Below, piece after piece: positions 40,439 to 49,626 of a DNA stretch of 64,000 nucleotides. Made by a program: the position numbers and the translations under genes. Below the pieces are notes generated by a model. That model was given only the letters and a program-made list of their open reading frames with translations, had not been told where the DNA came from and searched no databases. Source of the DNA: Bacteroidales bacterium. GTDB lineage: Bacteria > Bacteroidota > Bacteroidia > Bacteroidales > ML635J-15. Position 1 is the first letter of the stretch. Each line of letters starts with the position of its first letter. The stretch is taken from NCBI GenBank assembly GCA_017617125.1, contig JAFZWY010000008.1, positions 153,858 to 217,857 on the forward strand. The letters are read 5' to 3'.

Positions 40439-41469
40439 CGCTCCGACTCCCTTTCCCATCTTATGTATTTTTGCTCGTTTGTTATCCGAAATGCATTGTC
40501 GATATTGTTTACAGCTTTTACAGCCTCGGCAAGCATATCTAGTCGCTTGTTGACTACCTCTATTGAACGGTAAGGAAGCGACAACTTAAACATTCTTGCC
40601 TTTTCGAGCTTGATATAGAGCGTAATCGACTGATTGTTTGGCGTGATGTTGTATTCGTAGCCGAGCTGTTTCATCTTTTGTTTTATTAGTGTCTTGACGC
40701 CCATTTCCTTTATCTCATGCGACTTTTTCAGTTTTTCGTACTCGTATTCCCATTGCTCGCACTCATCAATCCAAGCTGGCATAAGATTGTCAATCCTCTC
40801 TAGAAACCTCATATCAATTTCCACTTCGCGAAAACTATTACAGCAATCATTACGCGCATTGATTTTAATCATAATATCCCAGTGGTTGTTTTTTTCTACA
40901 CTAATGTTTTTTAATGATGCGTTTGCTTCTGGGAATTGTTTGTTGAAACTACTCCAGACTAAATTCTTTTTTTCGCGACACCCCATAAGTTGCACATTTA
41001 GTCTATTTGACAATATACGACCAATACTGGTACCGTTTAACACAGACTCGCGTTCTTCTTTCCTGATTTCATTTTCGTATAGAGCAGTCTGCCGAGCCAT
41101 CATATCGGCAAATTCCTTTTCCCATTCTGGCATCAGGCGGTTGGTTTCCTTCATAAATTCCACAATATTGGGGATGTCACTTATATAGAACCAGCCCTTA
41201 TCTTTTGCGCCTATGTACTTTCGTCGTCCTGAGTTGCCAATCCTAAAATCGACATTCTTCATTTCTATTAAAAAGTCTGAATATATTGTTGCTTCAGGGA
41301 AGTATTTCTTTATCGTATCTATTAGATTTTTGTTCTTAACTTCCATTTTTGGAAGGCTCGAATCATTTCCTTGCCGACCAAATAACTCCTTGGCCTTTTC
41401 CCAGTAAAACTCTCTGCGAATTTTATCTGGTTGATACACAACATTATTCACAAAATCCTTAACGTCCAT
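40435..41469 (-). CDS. Hypothetical protein with internal two-fold repeat
   Basis: Long ORF; FPEA...LMPEW and FPEA...LMPAW duplication; start placed at ATG 41469. Confidence 0.72.
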   Translation of the reverse strand: MDVKDFVNNVVYQPDKIRREFYWEKAKELFGRQGNDSSLPKMEVKNKNLIDTIKKYFPEATIYSDFLIEMKNVDFRIGNSGRRKYIGAKDKGWFYISDIPNIVEFMKETNRLMPEWEKEFADMMARQTALYENEIRKEERESVLNGTSIGRILSNRLNVQLMGCREKKNLVWSSFNKQFPEANASLKNISVEKNNHWDIMIKINARNDCCNSFREVEIDMRFLERIDNLMPAWIDECEQWEYEYEKLKKSHEIKEMGVKTLIKQKMKQLGYEYNITPNNQSITLYIKLEKARMFKLSLPYRSIEVVNKRLDMLAEAVKAVNNIDNAFRITNEQKYIRWERESER

Positions 41470-41484
41470 ATCTTTTTTTGTGGG

Positions 41485-41521
41485 CAAAGAAAAAGAAAGC
41501 CTACGCCAAAATCGGGCGTAG
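41485..41521 (-). promoter_or_regulatory. WYL box + -7-like box
   Basis: Perfect palindrome CTACGCC-AAAATCG-GGCGTAG (41501-41521), 8 bp from TTTCTTTG (41485-41492). Confidence 0.75.
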
Positions 41522-41550
41522 GCTGGGAAAATATTAATCTTTTTATACCG

Positions 41551-42918
41551 TCATTTTTTACAACAAGCGTCAATGATTTTTTGATACTCTTTCAACTTTT
41601 CAATAACCTCGTCAATATTGACAATGCCAGTACCAAACAAATTTTCTGGTTTAACAATGGCAATTGTCATATAACAACCAGCACCAAATTTTTGGGGCTT
41701 TATAATCTCTGGATGTCCCATAAGTTCTGCTGTAGAAATAAGATTATTATACCATTTCCACCTGAAGTCGGAACGTTCATCAACATTACAAGATATTTTA
41801 AAACACAATTTTTGCTTTTCAAATTGAAGATACATTTCCCCATTATCGATCTCAGTAAAATGCCACCATGCTCCCAGAAAGCCTCCATTAGGATTAGACA
41901 CATATCCCCAACTGTTTAACCCTAGACGTAGATCCAAATCCATGTAAAAGCCTTGCCAAGCATCCCAATCCCAATTTTCCACGGACTGATTTCTATAACT
42001 CTGAGTTTCTTCTTCTATACATTTAAGATTTGTTAGGTAACTTGAAATGATTGTATTATTACCATGATACATTTTAAGACAATTGATTATATCTACTCTT
42101 GACACTGTCTTGTAGCCAATCTGTATTATTCCTTGTAATACAGATAACGGTTCATTACCAGTTTTTACATATGCATAATACAATTTATTTCTTTTCCCTT
42201 CATACTCTTTTTCAACAATTTTCTTGTATCTTTCAAGCTGATTGTCGTGAATTGAAGAATTTGTTTTATCCTCAATAACAAGGAATGTATCATCATTGAT
42301 TTCAACCCATATATCAATATTATTCCATTGTCGTCCAACGTTTATTGAGCTTATGGCATAATCTTTTTCTCCCAATAACATTCTGACAAAATTTTGTGCG
42401 ACAGAAAACATTTCCTCATCTTTGTCTTTATACTTTGGATCTGCCCATTTGATAATCCATGCAAATACAGCATCCTGACTTAGTTCCGATGTTGCAAAAT
42501 CAAAAATATTTGGAATGTCATCAGATGCTTTTTGTATGTTTCCTTTTGTTAACAAGCGTCTAAGTTCATTAAGCCTAGGTTCAAACATTTCCATATTTTC
42601 ATTCAAAAAATCTCTTAAACCATCTGTGCTTTCTGAATCCTGAATAAATTCATTCAATTTACTTTCTTTGCCGTTTATTGTTGCTATTATTAAGGTTGCC
42701 AAATCTAATACTCGCCAAATAGGCATTTCTTCGCTTTGTCTAGACCAGCGGTCTCCACTATGTCGCCAGATTTTAGCAGAATAATCTTCTTCATTCCATG
42801 AGGCATGGCCCAATGACAAAAATTTGGCATCACCTGCATATGCATCGTTTTCTTCGTAATCAACACTAATTATTGGTTTATGTGATAACCACCATGGAGC
42901 AATCTTTTCTTTTTTCAT
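41551..42918 (-). CDS. DUF6530-like N-terminal domain fused to a PD-(D/E)XK (PDDEXK_4-like) nuclease
   Basis: N-terminal HKPI...SAKIWRHSGDRWSRQSEEMPIWRVLDLA; C-terminal PNIFDFATSELSQDA...IDIWVEIN...VIEDKT...QLERY. Confidence 0.75.
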   Translation of the reverse strand: MKKEKIAPWWLSHKPIISVDYEENDAYAGDAKFLSLGHASWNEEDYSAKIWRHSGDRWSRQSEEMPIWRVLDLATLIIATINGKESKLNEFIQDSESTDGLRDFLNENMEMFEPRLNELRRLLTKGNIQKASDDIPNIFDFATSELSQDAVFAWIIKWADPKYKDKDEEMFSVAQNFVRMLLGEKDYAISSINVGRQWNNIDIWVEINDDTFLVIEDKTNSSIHDNQLERYKKIVEKEYEGKRNKLYYAYVKTGNEPLSVLQGIIQIGYKTVSRVDIINCLKMYHGNNTIISSYLTNLKCIEEETQSYRNQSVENWDWDAWQGFYMDLDLRLGLNSWGYVSNPNGGFLGAWWHFTEIDNGEMYLQFEKQKLCFKISCNVDERSDFRWKWYNNLISTAELMGHPEIIKPQKFGAGCYMTIAIVKPENLFGTGIVNIDEVIEKLKEYQKIIDACCKK

Positions 42919-42933
42919 TGTTTTTTCTTTTCA

Positions 42934-43007
42934 GACTTCTAATTTTACATTCCAATCATCATTTTCCCATCCTCTGCCGAAGTCCCTTTAAACAGATTCC
43001 GAGAAAA
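42934..43007 (-). repeat. Conserved leader element copy B (GACTTC-N39-GAAGTC)
   Basis: See copy A at 39922-39998. Confidence 0.75.
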
Positions 43008-43051
43008 CGACCTCACAAATTTACTACAATTTCCTAATCTTCAAAATCGTC

Positions 43052-43393
43052 TCATCTCCTCTTCACCCAAGTTCTACCGCCATTTGTAGAGTAATACAGG
43101 CCTTTGTCGGTGTTGGCGAGAAGTTCTCTGCCGCCGTCCATAAGGTTTTGGAATGTGCCGCACGAAGTGCCCATGTAGCGTAACGACCAGGAACGGCCTG
43201 CGTTACTGCTATAATATATTCCCTTGCTGGTAACAGCTAGAATTTCAGATCCGTAGGGCAGCAGGTCAACAAAAGTACCGCACGAAGTGCCCATGTAACG
43301 TATCGACCAAACACGACCGCTGCTGGTCGAGTATTCAACGCCCTTGGGCGTTATGCGGAGCATTTCGCTCCCTAAGTTTATCATCTGTGGCAT
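43052..43393 (-). CDS. Small Asp-box/BNR-like repeat protein (113 aa)
   Basis: Three YSxxxGRxW repeats; RYMGTSCGTF occurs twice. Confidence 0.8.
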   Translation of the reverse strand: MPQMINLGSEMLRITPKGVEYSTSSGRVWSIRYMGTSCGTFVDLLPYGSEILAVTSKGIYYSSNAGRSWSLRYMGTSCGTFQNLMDGGRELLANTDKGLYYSTNGGRTWVKRR

Positions 43394-43485
43394 AATCGTA
43401 TTTTTTTAGTGCTTCAAAATTACAAATTAATACTATATATTTTTTGGTTGATAGATGTTTTTTTTATAACTGAAAAAATATCGTT

Positions 43486-43531
43486 CTGCGACAGCAAATG
43501 TCGCATGCACATACGCCAAAACTTGTCGTAG
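43486..43531 (-). promoter_or_regulatory. Tandem WYL boxes
   Basis: CTGCGAC-AGCAAAT-GTCGCAT (43486-43506) and ATACGCC-AAAACTT-GTCGTAG (43511-43531). Confidence 0.75.
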
Positions 43532-43648
43532 GTTTGAAAAATCACAACTTTTTTCTTTATATCTTCGTTTGCAAAGTTTTAACGAAATATTATGGACGAT
43601 GTGGCACGCTTTGTGATATATTTGTTTTCGCAAATTTCTTAAAAACAG

Positions 43649-44491
43649 ATGACTATGAAAAAGTTGGTTTTGTTTGCTGTTATGACCGTTGCGGTTATTT
43701 CTGCTATGGGTGCAAATGTAGAGAGTTTTGCTCCTCAAAAGAATTTGATGAATGTTGCTGTCGCCAACGATGACGGCGATGTTGACTTGTACCTCGATTG
43801 TTTCGAGAATGCCGTGAAAGCCAAGGATATGGAGCTGGCGGCGAAAATCGCTAATGTCCTTTATGGTATGGAGATGAATGCTGAGCAGTTGAAGCGTTTT
43901 ACTGCTATCGAAAATAAGATTTCGAAGAAAGATTACCGTGTGTATCGCGACAATTTGAGGTATTTTGCTTCAAAATCATCGCCTGCGCAGGATGGTTACT
44001 ACGATTTTTATGTTGAGCCTTATGCCGACGACAACACATACGATGACGATTCGTCGTTTGCCGACGATATTGTCAATGCTTTTTCGTCGTTTTTCAACGA
44101 TTTGGGCATAAATGATGCTGATTCTTCCTATTCGTGGCATTATGAGCGACATGATACAATCGATGGTGGCGGCATGTATGATGTATTTGTCGATGCTTTT
44201 AGCAACTTTTTGTATGGCGGTGATGGTTCCGAAGTGCAGAGCAAGTCGGCTGTTGACGAGTCGGAAATGGACGCTTTGCTCGACGACTACGAGAATTATG
44301 TCAATTTGGCAGTAGGGGCTTTGCGCAAAGTGATGCGTGGCGACGAGGCTGCTATGGACGATTTTGAGAAATACAGCCAGGAGGCATCTGCAATATCAGA
44401 CAAGCTGACTAAGGGCGGTGCTAACATGACATCAAGGCAGTTTAAGCGTTACATGCACATTTGGGGCGACATGGTGAATGGTTTGTTCTAA
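43649..44491 (+). CDS. Exported acidic hypothetical protein
   Basis: Signal peptide MKKLVLFAVMTVAVISA; C-terminal MDALLDDYENYV helical domain. Confidence 0.75.
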   Translation: MTMKKLVLFAVMTVAVISAMGANVESFAPQKNLMNVAVANDDGDVDLYLDCFENAVKAKDMELAAKIANVLYGMEMNAEQLKRFTAIENKISKKDYRVYRDNLRYFASKSSPAQDGYYDFYVEPYADDNTYDDDSSFADDIVNAFSSFFNDLGINDADSSYSWHYERHDTIDGGGMYDVFVDAFSNFLYGGDGSEVQSKSAVDESEMDALLDDYENYVNLAVGALRKVMRGDEAAMDDFEKYSQEASAISDKLTKGGANMTSRQFKRYMHIWGDMVNGLF

Positions 44492-44527
44492 AATATTCTC
44501 TATTTTTGCATCGAAAATGCGATTTGA

Positions 44528-45769
44528 ATGTCCGATTGCGATGTGATAATAGTTGGAGCTGGTGCTTCGGGGCTGCTGGCGGCGATTTCGGCTTGCCGAA
44601 GCGGTCAGAATGTTGTCGTGGTGGAGAAAAACGCCCGTGCGGCGCGAAAGCTCATGATTACGGGCAAAGGCCGTTGCAACGTTACCAATTCCGACGACAT
44701 AAAGGATTTCATGAGCAACATTTATCCCGAACCACGATTCCTGTATCCTGCTTTCAAATCGTTTTTCTCGTCCGACATACTTGCAATGCTCGACGAGGCT
44801 GGTGTTGAGGTGGTGCTGGAACGTGGCGGTCGCTATTTCCCTGCATCGGGAAAGGCTGTGGATGTGGTTGACGCTCTTGTGGCGACTGCACGCAGGTCAG
44901 GGGCGAAATTCATGTTTTCCACCTCTGTAACTGGCATTATTGTGGCGAATGGTGCTGTCGCTGGGGTGAAAATCCGCGACGAAAGGGGCGAAAAATCTCT
45001 GTTTTCCGACAAAATTATAGTCTGCACTGGCGGACGCTCATATCCGCTCACGGGTTCTACTGGCGATGGATACGAGTTCGCTCAGAAATGCGGACACTCT
45101 GTTTCGCAGACTCTTCCTGCTTTGGTGCCGCTTGTCGGCAAGGGCGATTTCTTTTCTCGTCTTAGTGGATTGGCGCTCAGGAATATATCAGCATCGCTGT
45201 GGATTGACGGAAAGAAGTCGCACGAGGAGTTCGGAGAACTCGAATTTACTGATTTCGGCGTAACTGGTCCGGTGATTCTGACCATGAGTCGTTGGGCTGT
45301 GATTGCCTTGCACGAAAACCGCAAAGTGCGCCTTTCTATCGACCTTAAGCCTGCTCTCGACGAAAAGAAACTCGATTCCCGTATTCTCCGCGATCTTGAT
45401 GCCAACGGCAAGGCAAAACTCAAGGCTTTGTTCCGCGAATGGCTGCCAATGCAGATGATTCCTGTTTTCATAGCTTTGGCTAAGTTGGATGGCGAAAAGC
45501 TTGCTAGTCAGCTTTCTGGAGACGAACGTCGTAGAATAGTTTCGCTTATGAAGGACTTTGCTTTCGACATTGTAGGACATCGCGATTTCAACGAGGCCAT
45601 TATAACAAGTGGTGGCGTGTCGGTTGACGAAATCAACCAGAAGACAATGGAGTCGAAATTGGTAAAAGGTTTGTTCTTCGCTGGCGAAGTCCTTGATGTT
45701 GATGCAAATACAGGCGGATATAACCTGCAGATTGCATTCTCAACGGGATGGCTGGCAGGTGAAAATTGA
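44528..45769 (+). CDS. HI0933/BaiN-family NAD(P)/FAD-dependent oxidoreductase
   Basis: GAGASG, ITGKGRCNVTN, GGRSYPLTGSTGDGY and GGYNLQIAFSTG motifs. Confidence 0.92.
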   Translation: MSDCDVIIVGAGASGLLAAISACRSGQNVVVVEKNARAARKLMITGKGRCNVTNSDDIKDFMSNIYPEPRFLYPAFKSFFSSDILAMLDEAGVEVVLERGGRYFPASGKAVDVVDALVATARRSGAKFMFSTSVTGIIVANGAVAGVKIRDERGEKSLFSDKIIVCTGGRSYPLTGSTGDGYEFAQKCGHSVSQTLPALVPLVGKGDFFSRLSGLALRNISASLWIDGKKSHEEFGELEFTDFGVTGPVILTMSRWAVIALHENRKVRLSIDLKPALDEKKLDSRILRDLDANGKAKLKALFREWLPMQMIPVFIALAKLDGEKLASQLSGDERRRIVSLMKDFAFDIVGHRDFNEAIITSGGVSVDEINQKTMESKLVKGLFFAGEVLDVDANTGGYNLQIAFSTGWLAGEN

Positions 45770-45789
45770 TTTATAAATAAAAAACAAAT

Positions 45790-46791
45790 ATGATGAGATT
45801 GAAGATGTTTTGTGGATTGGCATTGCTGGCAATAATTTTTGCCTCATGCAACAATCGAACTGCCGAATACATAAAGTACAGCGGACCTACGCAGGGAACG
45901 ATGTTCAACATAACTTACCGCAGCGACACCAACTACAATAGTGAAATCGACCATTTGCTGAAAGCGTTTTGCCGTTCTTTGTCAAACTACGACAGCACTT
46001 CGCTCATTTCGCGCATAAATCGCAACGAAACAAACTCTCTCGATAGCCTTACCGAGGAATTTTTCACAGTTTCGAAAGAAGTTTGGAAAAACACTGATGG
46101 CTTTTTTGACGTAAGCGTTGCACCTATTGTCAACGCATGGGGATTTGGTTGGGTGCGCCACGAAAAGCATATTCCCGACAAAGCCGAAATCGACAGGCTT
46201 CTACAGCATGTAGGATTTGGTAAAGTCGACATTGTAAATGGTAAAATTATCAAGCATGACCCTGATGTACAAATAATTACAAATGCTATTGCTCAAGGAA
46301 TGTCGGTTGATTATATTTCCGATTTTTTGAAGAGCAAGGGTGTTACTGATTTCGTGGTGGAGATTGGCGGTGAAATATATTGCTCGGGCAAGAATCCCAA
46401 TGGTGAGAAGTGGAAAATCGGTATAGACAAACCCATTGAAGGTAGCGGTTACGGGAACCGCAAAGAACAAACTGTCATCCGACTTTCCGTCATGGCCGTT
46501 AACACCTCTGGCAACTACCGCAAGTTTTTGGAAGAGGGCGAGAAAAAATACGGACATTCCATAAATCCACTTACTGGCTATCCTGCCGAAAACGAGATGA
46601 TTAGCGCTACAGTCGTCTATCCCGACTGCATACGTGCCGATGCCTACGCCACCGCTTTTATGGTCATGGGAGCCGAAAGAGCAATGCAAATTGTTGAAAG
46701 TATCAACGGCATGGAGGCCTATTTCATAATTCGCGAAGGAGAAGAAACCAAAACTGTGGAATCGAGCGGTTTTAAAAGGTTTTATGAGTAG
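45790..46791 (+). CDS. apbE: FAD:protein FMN transferase (ApbE family lipoprotein)
   Basis: Lipobox FASC; AIAQGMSVD, EIGGE, TSGNYR, HSINPLTG and ADAYATA motifs. Confidence 0.9.
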   Translation: MMRLKMFCGLALLAIIFASCNNRTAEYIKYSGPTQGTMFNITYRSDTNYNSEIDHLLKAFCRSLSNYDSTSLISRINRNETNSLDSLTEEFFTVSKEVWKNTDGFFDVSVAPIVNAWGFGWVRHEKHIPDKAEIDRLLQHVGFGKVDIVNGKIIKHDPDVQIITNAIAQGMSVDYISDFLKSKGVTDFVVEIGGEIYCSGKNPNGEKWKIGIDKPIEGSGYGNRKEQTVIRLSVMAVNTSGNYRKFLEEGEKKYGHSINPLTGYPAENEMISATVVYPDCIRADAYATAFMVMGAERAMQIVESINGMEAYFIIREGEETKTVESSGFKRFYE

Positions 46792-46806
46792 GATAAATTA
46801 AGCTAA

Positions 46807-47325
46807 TTACTTAACTTTCTGATATATAAGCACATCGGCATAACCATCCTCGGTCTGCTTCCACTGCTTCAGTGTTCCGCTTTGTACAAAGCCGCATTTT
46901 TCGAAAAGAGCAACGCTAACATCGTTGCTTGCATCGATCAGACACCACAACTGTTTTAGCAACAAGGTTTTGAAGGCATATTCCATAACCAGCTGCAAAG
47001 CCTCGGTCGCAATGCCCATGCTACTATGCTCTGGAGATACGATTATCCCCACTCCGCAACGATTGTGCAAAGGATGATACTCGAACAAATCGACAATGCC
47101 CACAGGACGCTGTGATACATAATCACAAATCATAAGGCGCAATTCCTTTGTCGTGAATATGTCGTAGCAATAGTTCTCGATATATTGCTTCAGTTCCCAG
47201 CGCGAATAAGGTGATTTTGTCTCGCTCACATGCCAGAAATCGGAATTATTCTCTATTGTGTACAGGAATTCCAAATCCTCGGGCTCCATCTTGCGTAGGT
47301 AAATCTTCTTTCCTGCTAATTGCAT
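46807..47325 (-). CDS. GNAT (RimL-like) N-acetyltransferase
   Basis: LRKMEPEDL, MGIATEAL and SVALFEKCGF motifs. Confidence 0.85.
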   Translation of the reverse strand: MQLAGKKIYLRKMEPEDLEFLYTIENNSDFWHVSETKSPYSRWELKQYIENYCYDIFTTKELRLMICDYVSQRPVGIVDLFEYHPLHNRCGVGIIVSPEHSSMGIATEALQLVMEYAFKTLLLKQLWCLIDASNDVSVALFEKCGFVQSGTLKQWKQTEDGYADVLIYQKVK

Positions 47326-49265
47326 CCCAGTTTCCTCCACAATTTGTAAACCATAATGGCATCGTGCGATACCTTGTAGTCCTTGGCGTACATGATGTTA
47401 AGCCTGTCGGTAACGTCCTTCTTCACATCACGTCCATATATCATGTCTACGCTGAATACGCCCTTCTTGACCTTTGGCAAAAGGCTTACATCGTTCTTAT
47501 CTGAGCGATACGACACGAAAGTCTTGCCGCCGAAGAGCACCGAGAATAGGTTTGCGTAAGCCTTCAGTTTGCCTTTTACGAACCAGATCAGCAATGGCGA
47601 AAGTATAATCATAAAGAACGAAACCACAATGTCGAACATACGTTTCGAGCGACGATTTTCGGGCTTGTCGATTGCGTTGATGTCAACGTTGTATAGCTCG
47701 CCTGTTGTGTTTATAGAGTTGCTTCCGATGACAGAAAATCCATCGGGACTTGCAATCTTGTAGTCGAGATTGGAACTCGAAAGGTTGAGCATCGTGCGGA
47801 TAATCTGTTGCGACTGAATATCCTTTGCACAGAAAATAAGTTCGTCGATGTGGTTTATCGTGACAATTTCGTCAAGCTGTGTCATATCGCCAGCAAAGAA
47901 CTTGTCGGTAGCGACATCGGGACTTACATACGCAGCAATCTCAATCTTTGTTCGCGACGACATAAGTTGTCCAACCAGCGAGCGGCATTCCTCCTTGCTT
48001 CCGACAACTGCGACTTTCTTGCGCTTGGGCAGATTAACCTTGAAAACTTGCAGTTTCGTAAAGTTAAGCAGCAGTCGTACAAGCGGGATGACTATAAATG
48101 TCCATGCCGTTCCAAGAAGAATCAGCGCACGCGAAAAACGCAAATGCGTCGGCAAGAGGGCATATACAGCAAGGATTACGACAGCCCCGATACCTATTCC
48201 CTTGAAGATGTTTTTCATTTTCACAGGCTTGTCGTAGCCACCCGAAAGCAACAGCGACAGCAGCCATACCGAAATGTACATTATCATTGCTCCAACAAAA
48301 ACATCGTGAGGATATGCGCCCTCTTCTCCGAAAAGGTAGTTTCCCCACAACGGAGTGATTATCAAGAATCCGGACAGAATTAGCAGAGCATCAATAATTG
48401 GTGTTATGGCATTGGTTATGAAACGTCCGGCGATAGCCATTGCTGCACGCAGATATATTGCAAGGTTAATGAAGAAAATCATTAGACCAGCGCCTTCCGA
48501 GAAATGCTTGCGCGCAAAAATCTTCATCGCGTTGTAGAACACAACTACGTAGTTTACACTGCCTTTCTTGGTGCTCTCACCCTTGTAGTGTATGATTGTC
48601 GTCTTGGGGAAATAATAGTTGTTGTATCCGCCAAGCGTAATGCGGTACGATAGGTCGATGTCCTCGCCGTACATGAAAAATGTCTCGTCGAGCAGACCGA
48701 CTTTCTTCAAGGTCTCGGCACGCAGAAGCATGAATGCGCCCGACAGCACATCGACCTTATGAATTTCGTCTTTGTCAAGATAAGTAAGATGATACTTGCC
48801 GAACTTTTTTGACTTCGGGAAAAGTTTCGACAGTCCGAAAATCTTGTAGAAGGCCACCTTTGGCGTCGGTAAACCGCGTTTCGACTCCGGCAGGAAACGT
48901 CCTTTGCCGTCAATCATCTTCACACCTAGTCCGCCGGCATCGGGATGGTCGTCCATAAAGTCGCAAACCGATTTAAGCGTGTTTTCCTCAATAACCGTAT
49001 CGGGATTTAGCAGAAGCACATATTCGCCAGACGACTCGCGTATTGCCTGATTATTGGCGTATGAAAAACCGTAATTTTTCTTATTTTCGATGAGTTTTAC
49101 CCACGGAAATTTCTCGCGGAGCATATTGCACGAGCCGTCAACCGAATTGTTGTCGACGACAAATACTTCCGTGTCACAATGCTTTGCAGCGGCAGCAACC
49201 GAGTTCAGGCACTGCTCCAGGAAATGCTTCACATTGTAGTTTACTATGACGACTGTCAATTTCAT
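47316..49265 (-). CDS. GT2 glycosyltransferase fused to TM and sugar-transferase-like C-terminal domains
   Basis: VIVNYN, DNNSVDGS, LLLNPD, FMYGEDIDL; C-terminal KRMFDIVVS. Confidence 0.88.
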   Translation of the reverse strand: MKLTVVIVNYNVKHFLEQCLNSVAAAAKHCDTEVFVVDNNSVDGSCNMLREKFPWVKLIENKKNYGFSYANNQAIRESSGEYVLLLNPDTVIEENTLKSVCDFMDDHPDAGGLGVKMIDGKGRFLPESKRGLPTPKVAFYKIFGLSKLFPKSKKFGKYHLTYLDKDEIHKVDVLSGAFMLLRAETLKKVGLLDETFFMYGEDIDLSYRITLGGYNNYYFPKTTIIHYKGESTKKGSVNYVVVFYNAMKIFARKHFSEGAGLMIFFINLAIYLRAAMAIAGRFITNAITPIIDALLILSGFLIITPLWGNYLFGEEGAYPHDVFVGAMIMYISVWLLSLLLSGGYDKPVKMKNIFKGIGIGAVVILAVYALLPTHLRFSRALILLGTAWTFIVIPLVRLLLNFTKLQVFKVNLPKRKKVAVVGSKEECRSLVGQLMSSRTKIEIAAYVSPDVATDKFFAGDMTQLDEIVTINHIDELIFCAKDIQSQQIIRTMLNLSSSNLDYKIASPDGFSVIGSNSINTTGELYNVDINAIDKPENRRSKRMFDIVVSFFMIILSPLLIWFVKGKLKAYANLFSVLFGGKTFVSYRSDKNDVSLLPKVKKGVFSVDMIYGRDVKKDVTDRLNIMYAKDYKVSHDAIMVYKLWRKLGCN

Positions 49266-49626
49266 CAGACTGCAAATGTAAGAAATATTTACGATTTACA
49301 ATTTGAAAATTTAGCAGCGTTGAGCTGAAGATTTACTGCATCGTGCTATAGGTTGAAGATTTGAAGGCTTCCTCTGTGCTATTGGTTGTTTTTTTATGCG
49401 CTAACGGCTAGAGAATCCGAGGAATGTTATTCGTTTATAATATTTTGATACACAGTATTTTGAGTTGCGAATAAATAAAAATCGACAAAATCAGACAACC
49501 ATTTTTGTTTTTCTACGTTATGATATAAAGATTTAACGCACAATATTTTTGCATTTTTTGTTTTTTGTTTCAAAAAAATATTGTATGTTTGCTCATTAAT
49601 ACAAGTGTAACTATACATTTAGAAAG

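Noticed and set aside
43589-43624. WYL box for the plus-strand gene at 43649
   Set aside because: Only a weak half-site (GGCACGC), and its spacing to TATATTTG is off by one.
43433-43773. ORFs 43433-43738 (-) and 43498-43773 (+)
   Set aside because: They span a divergent promoter region with regulatory boxes and have non-protein-like composition.
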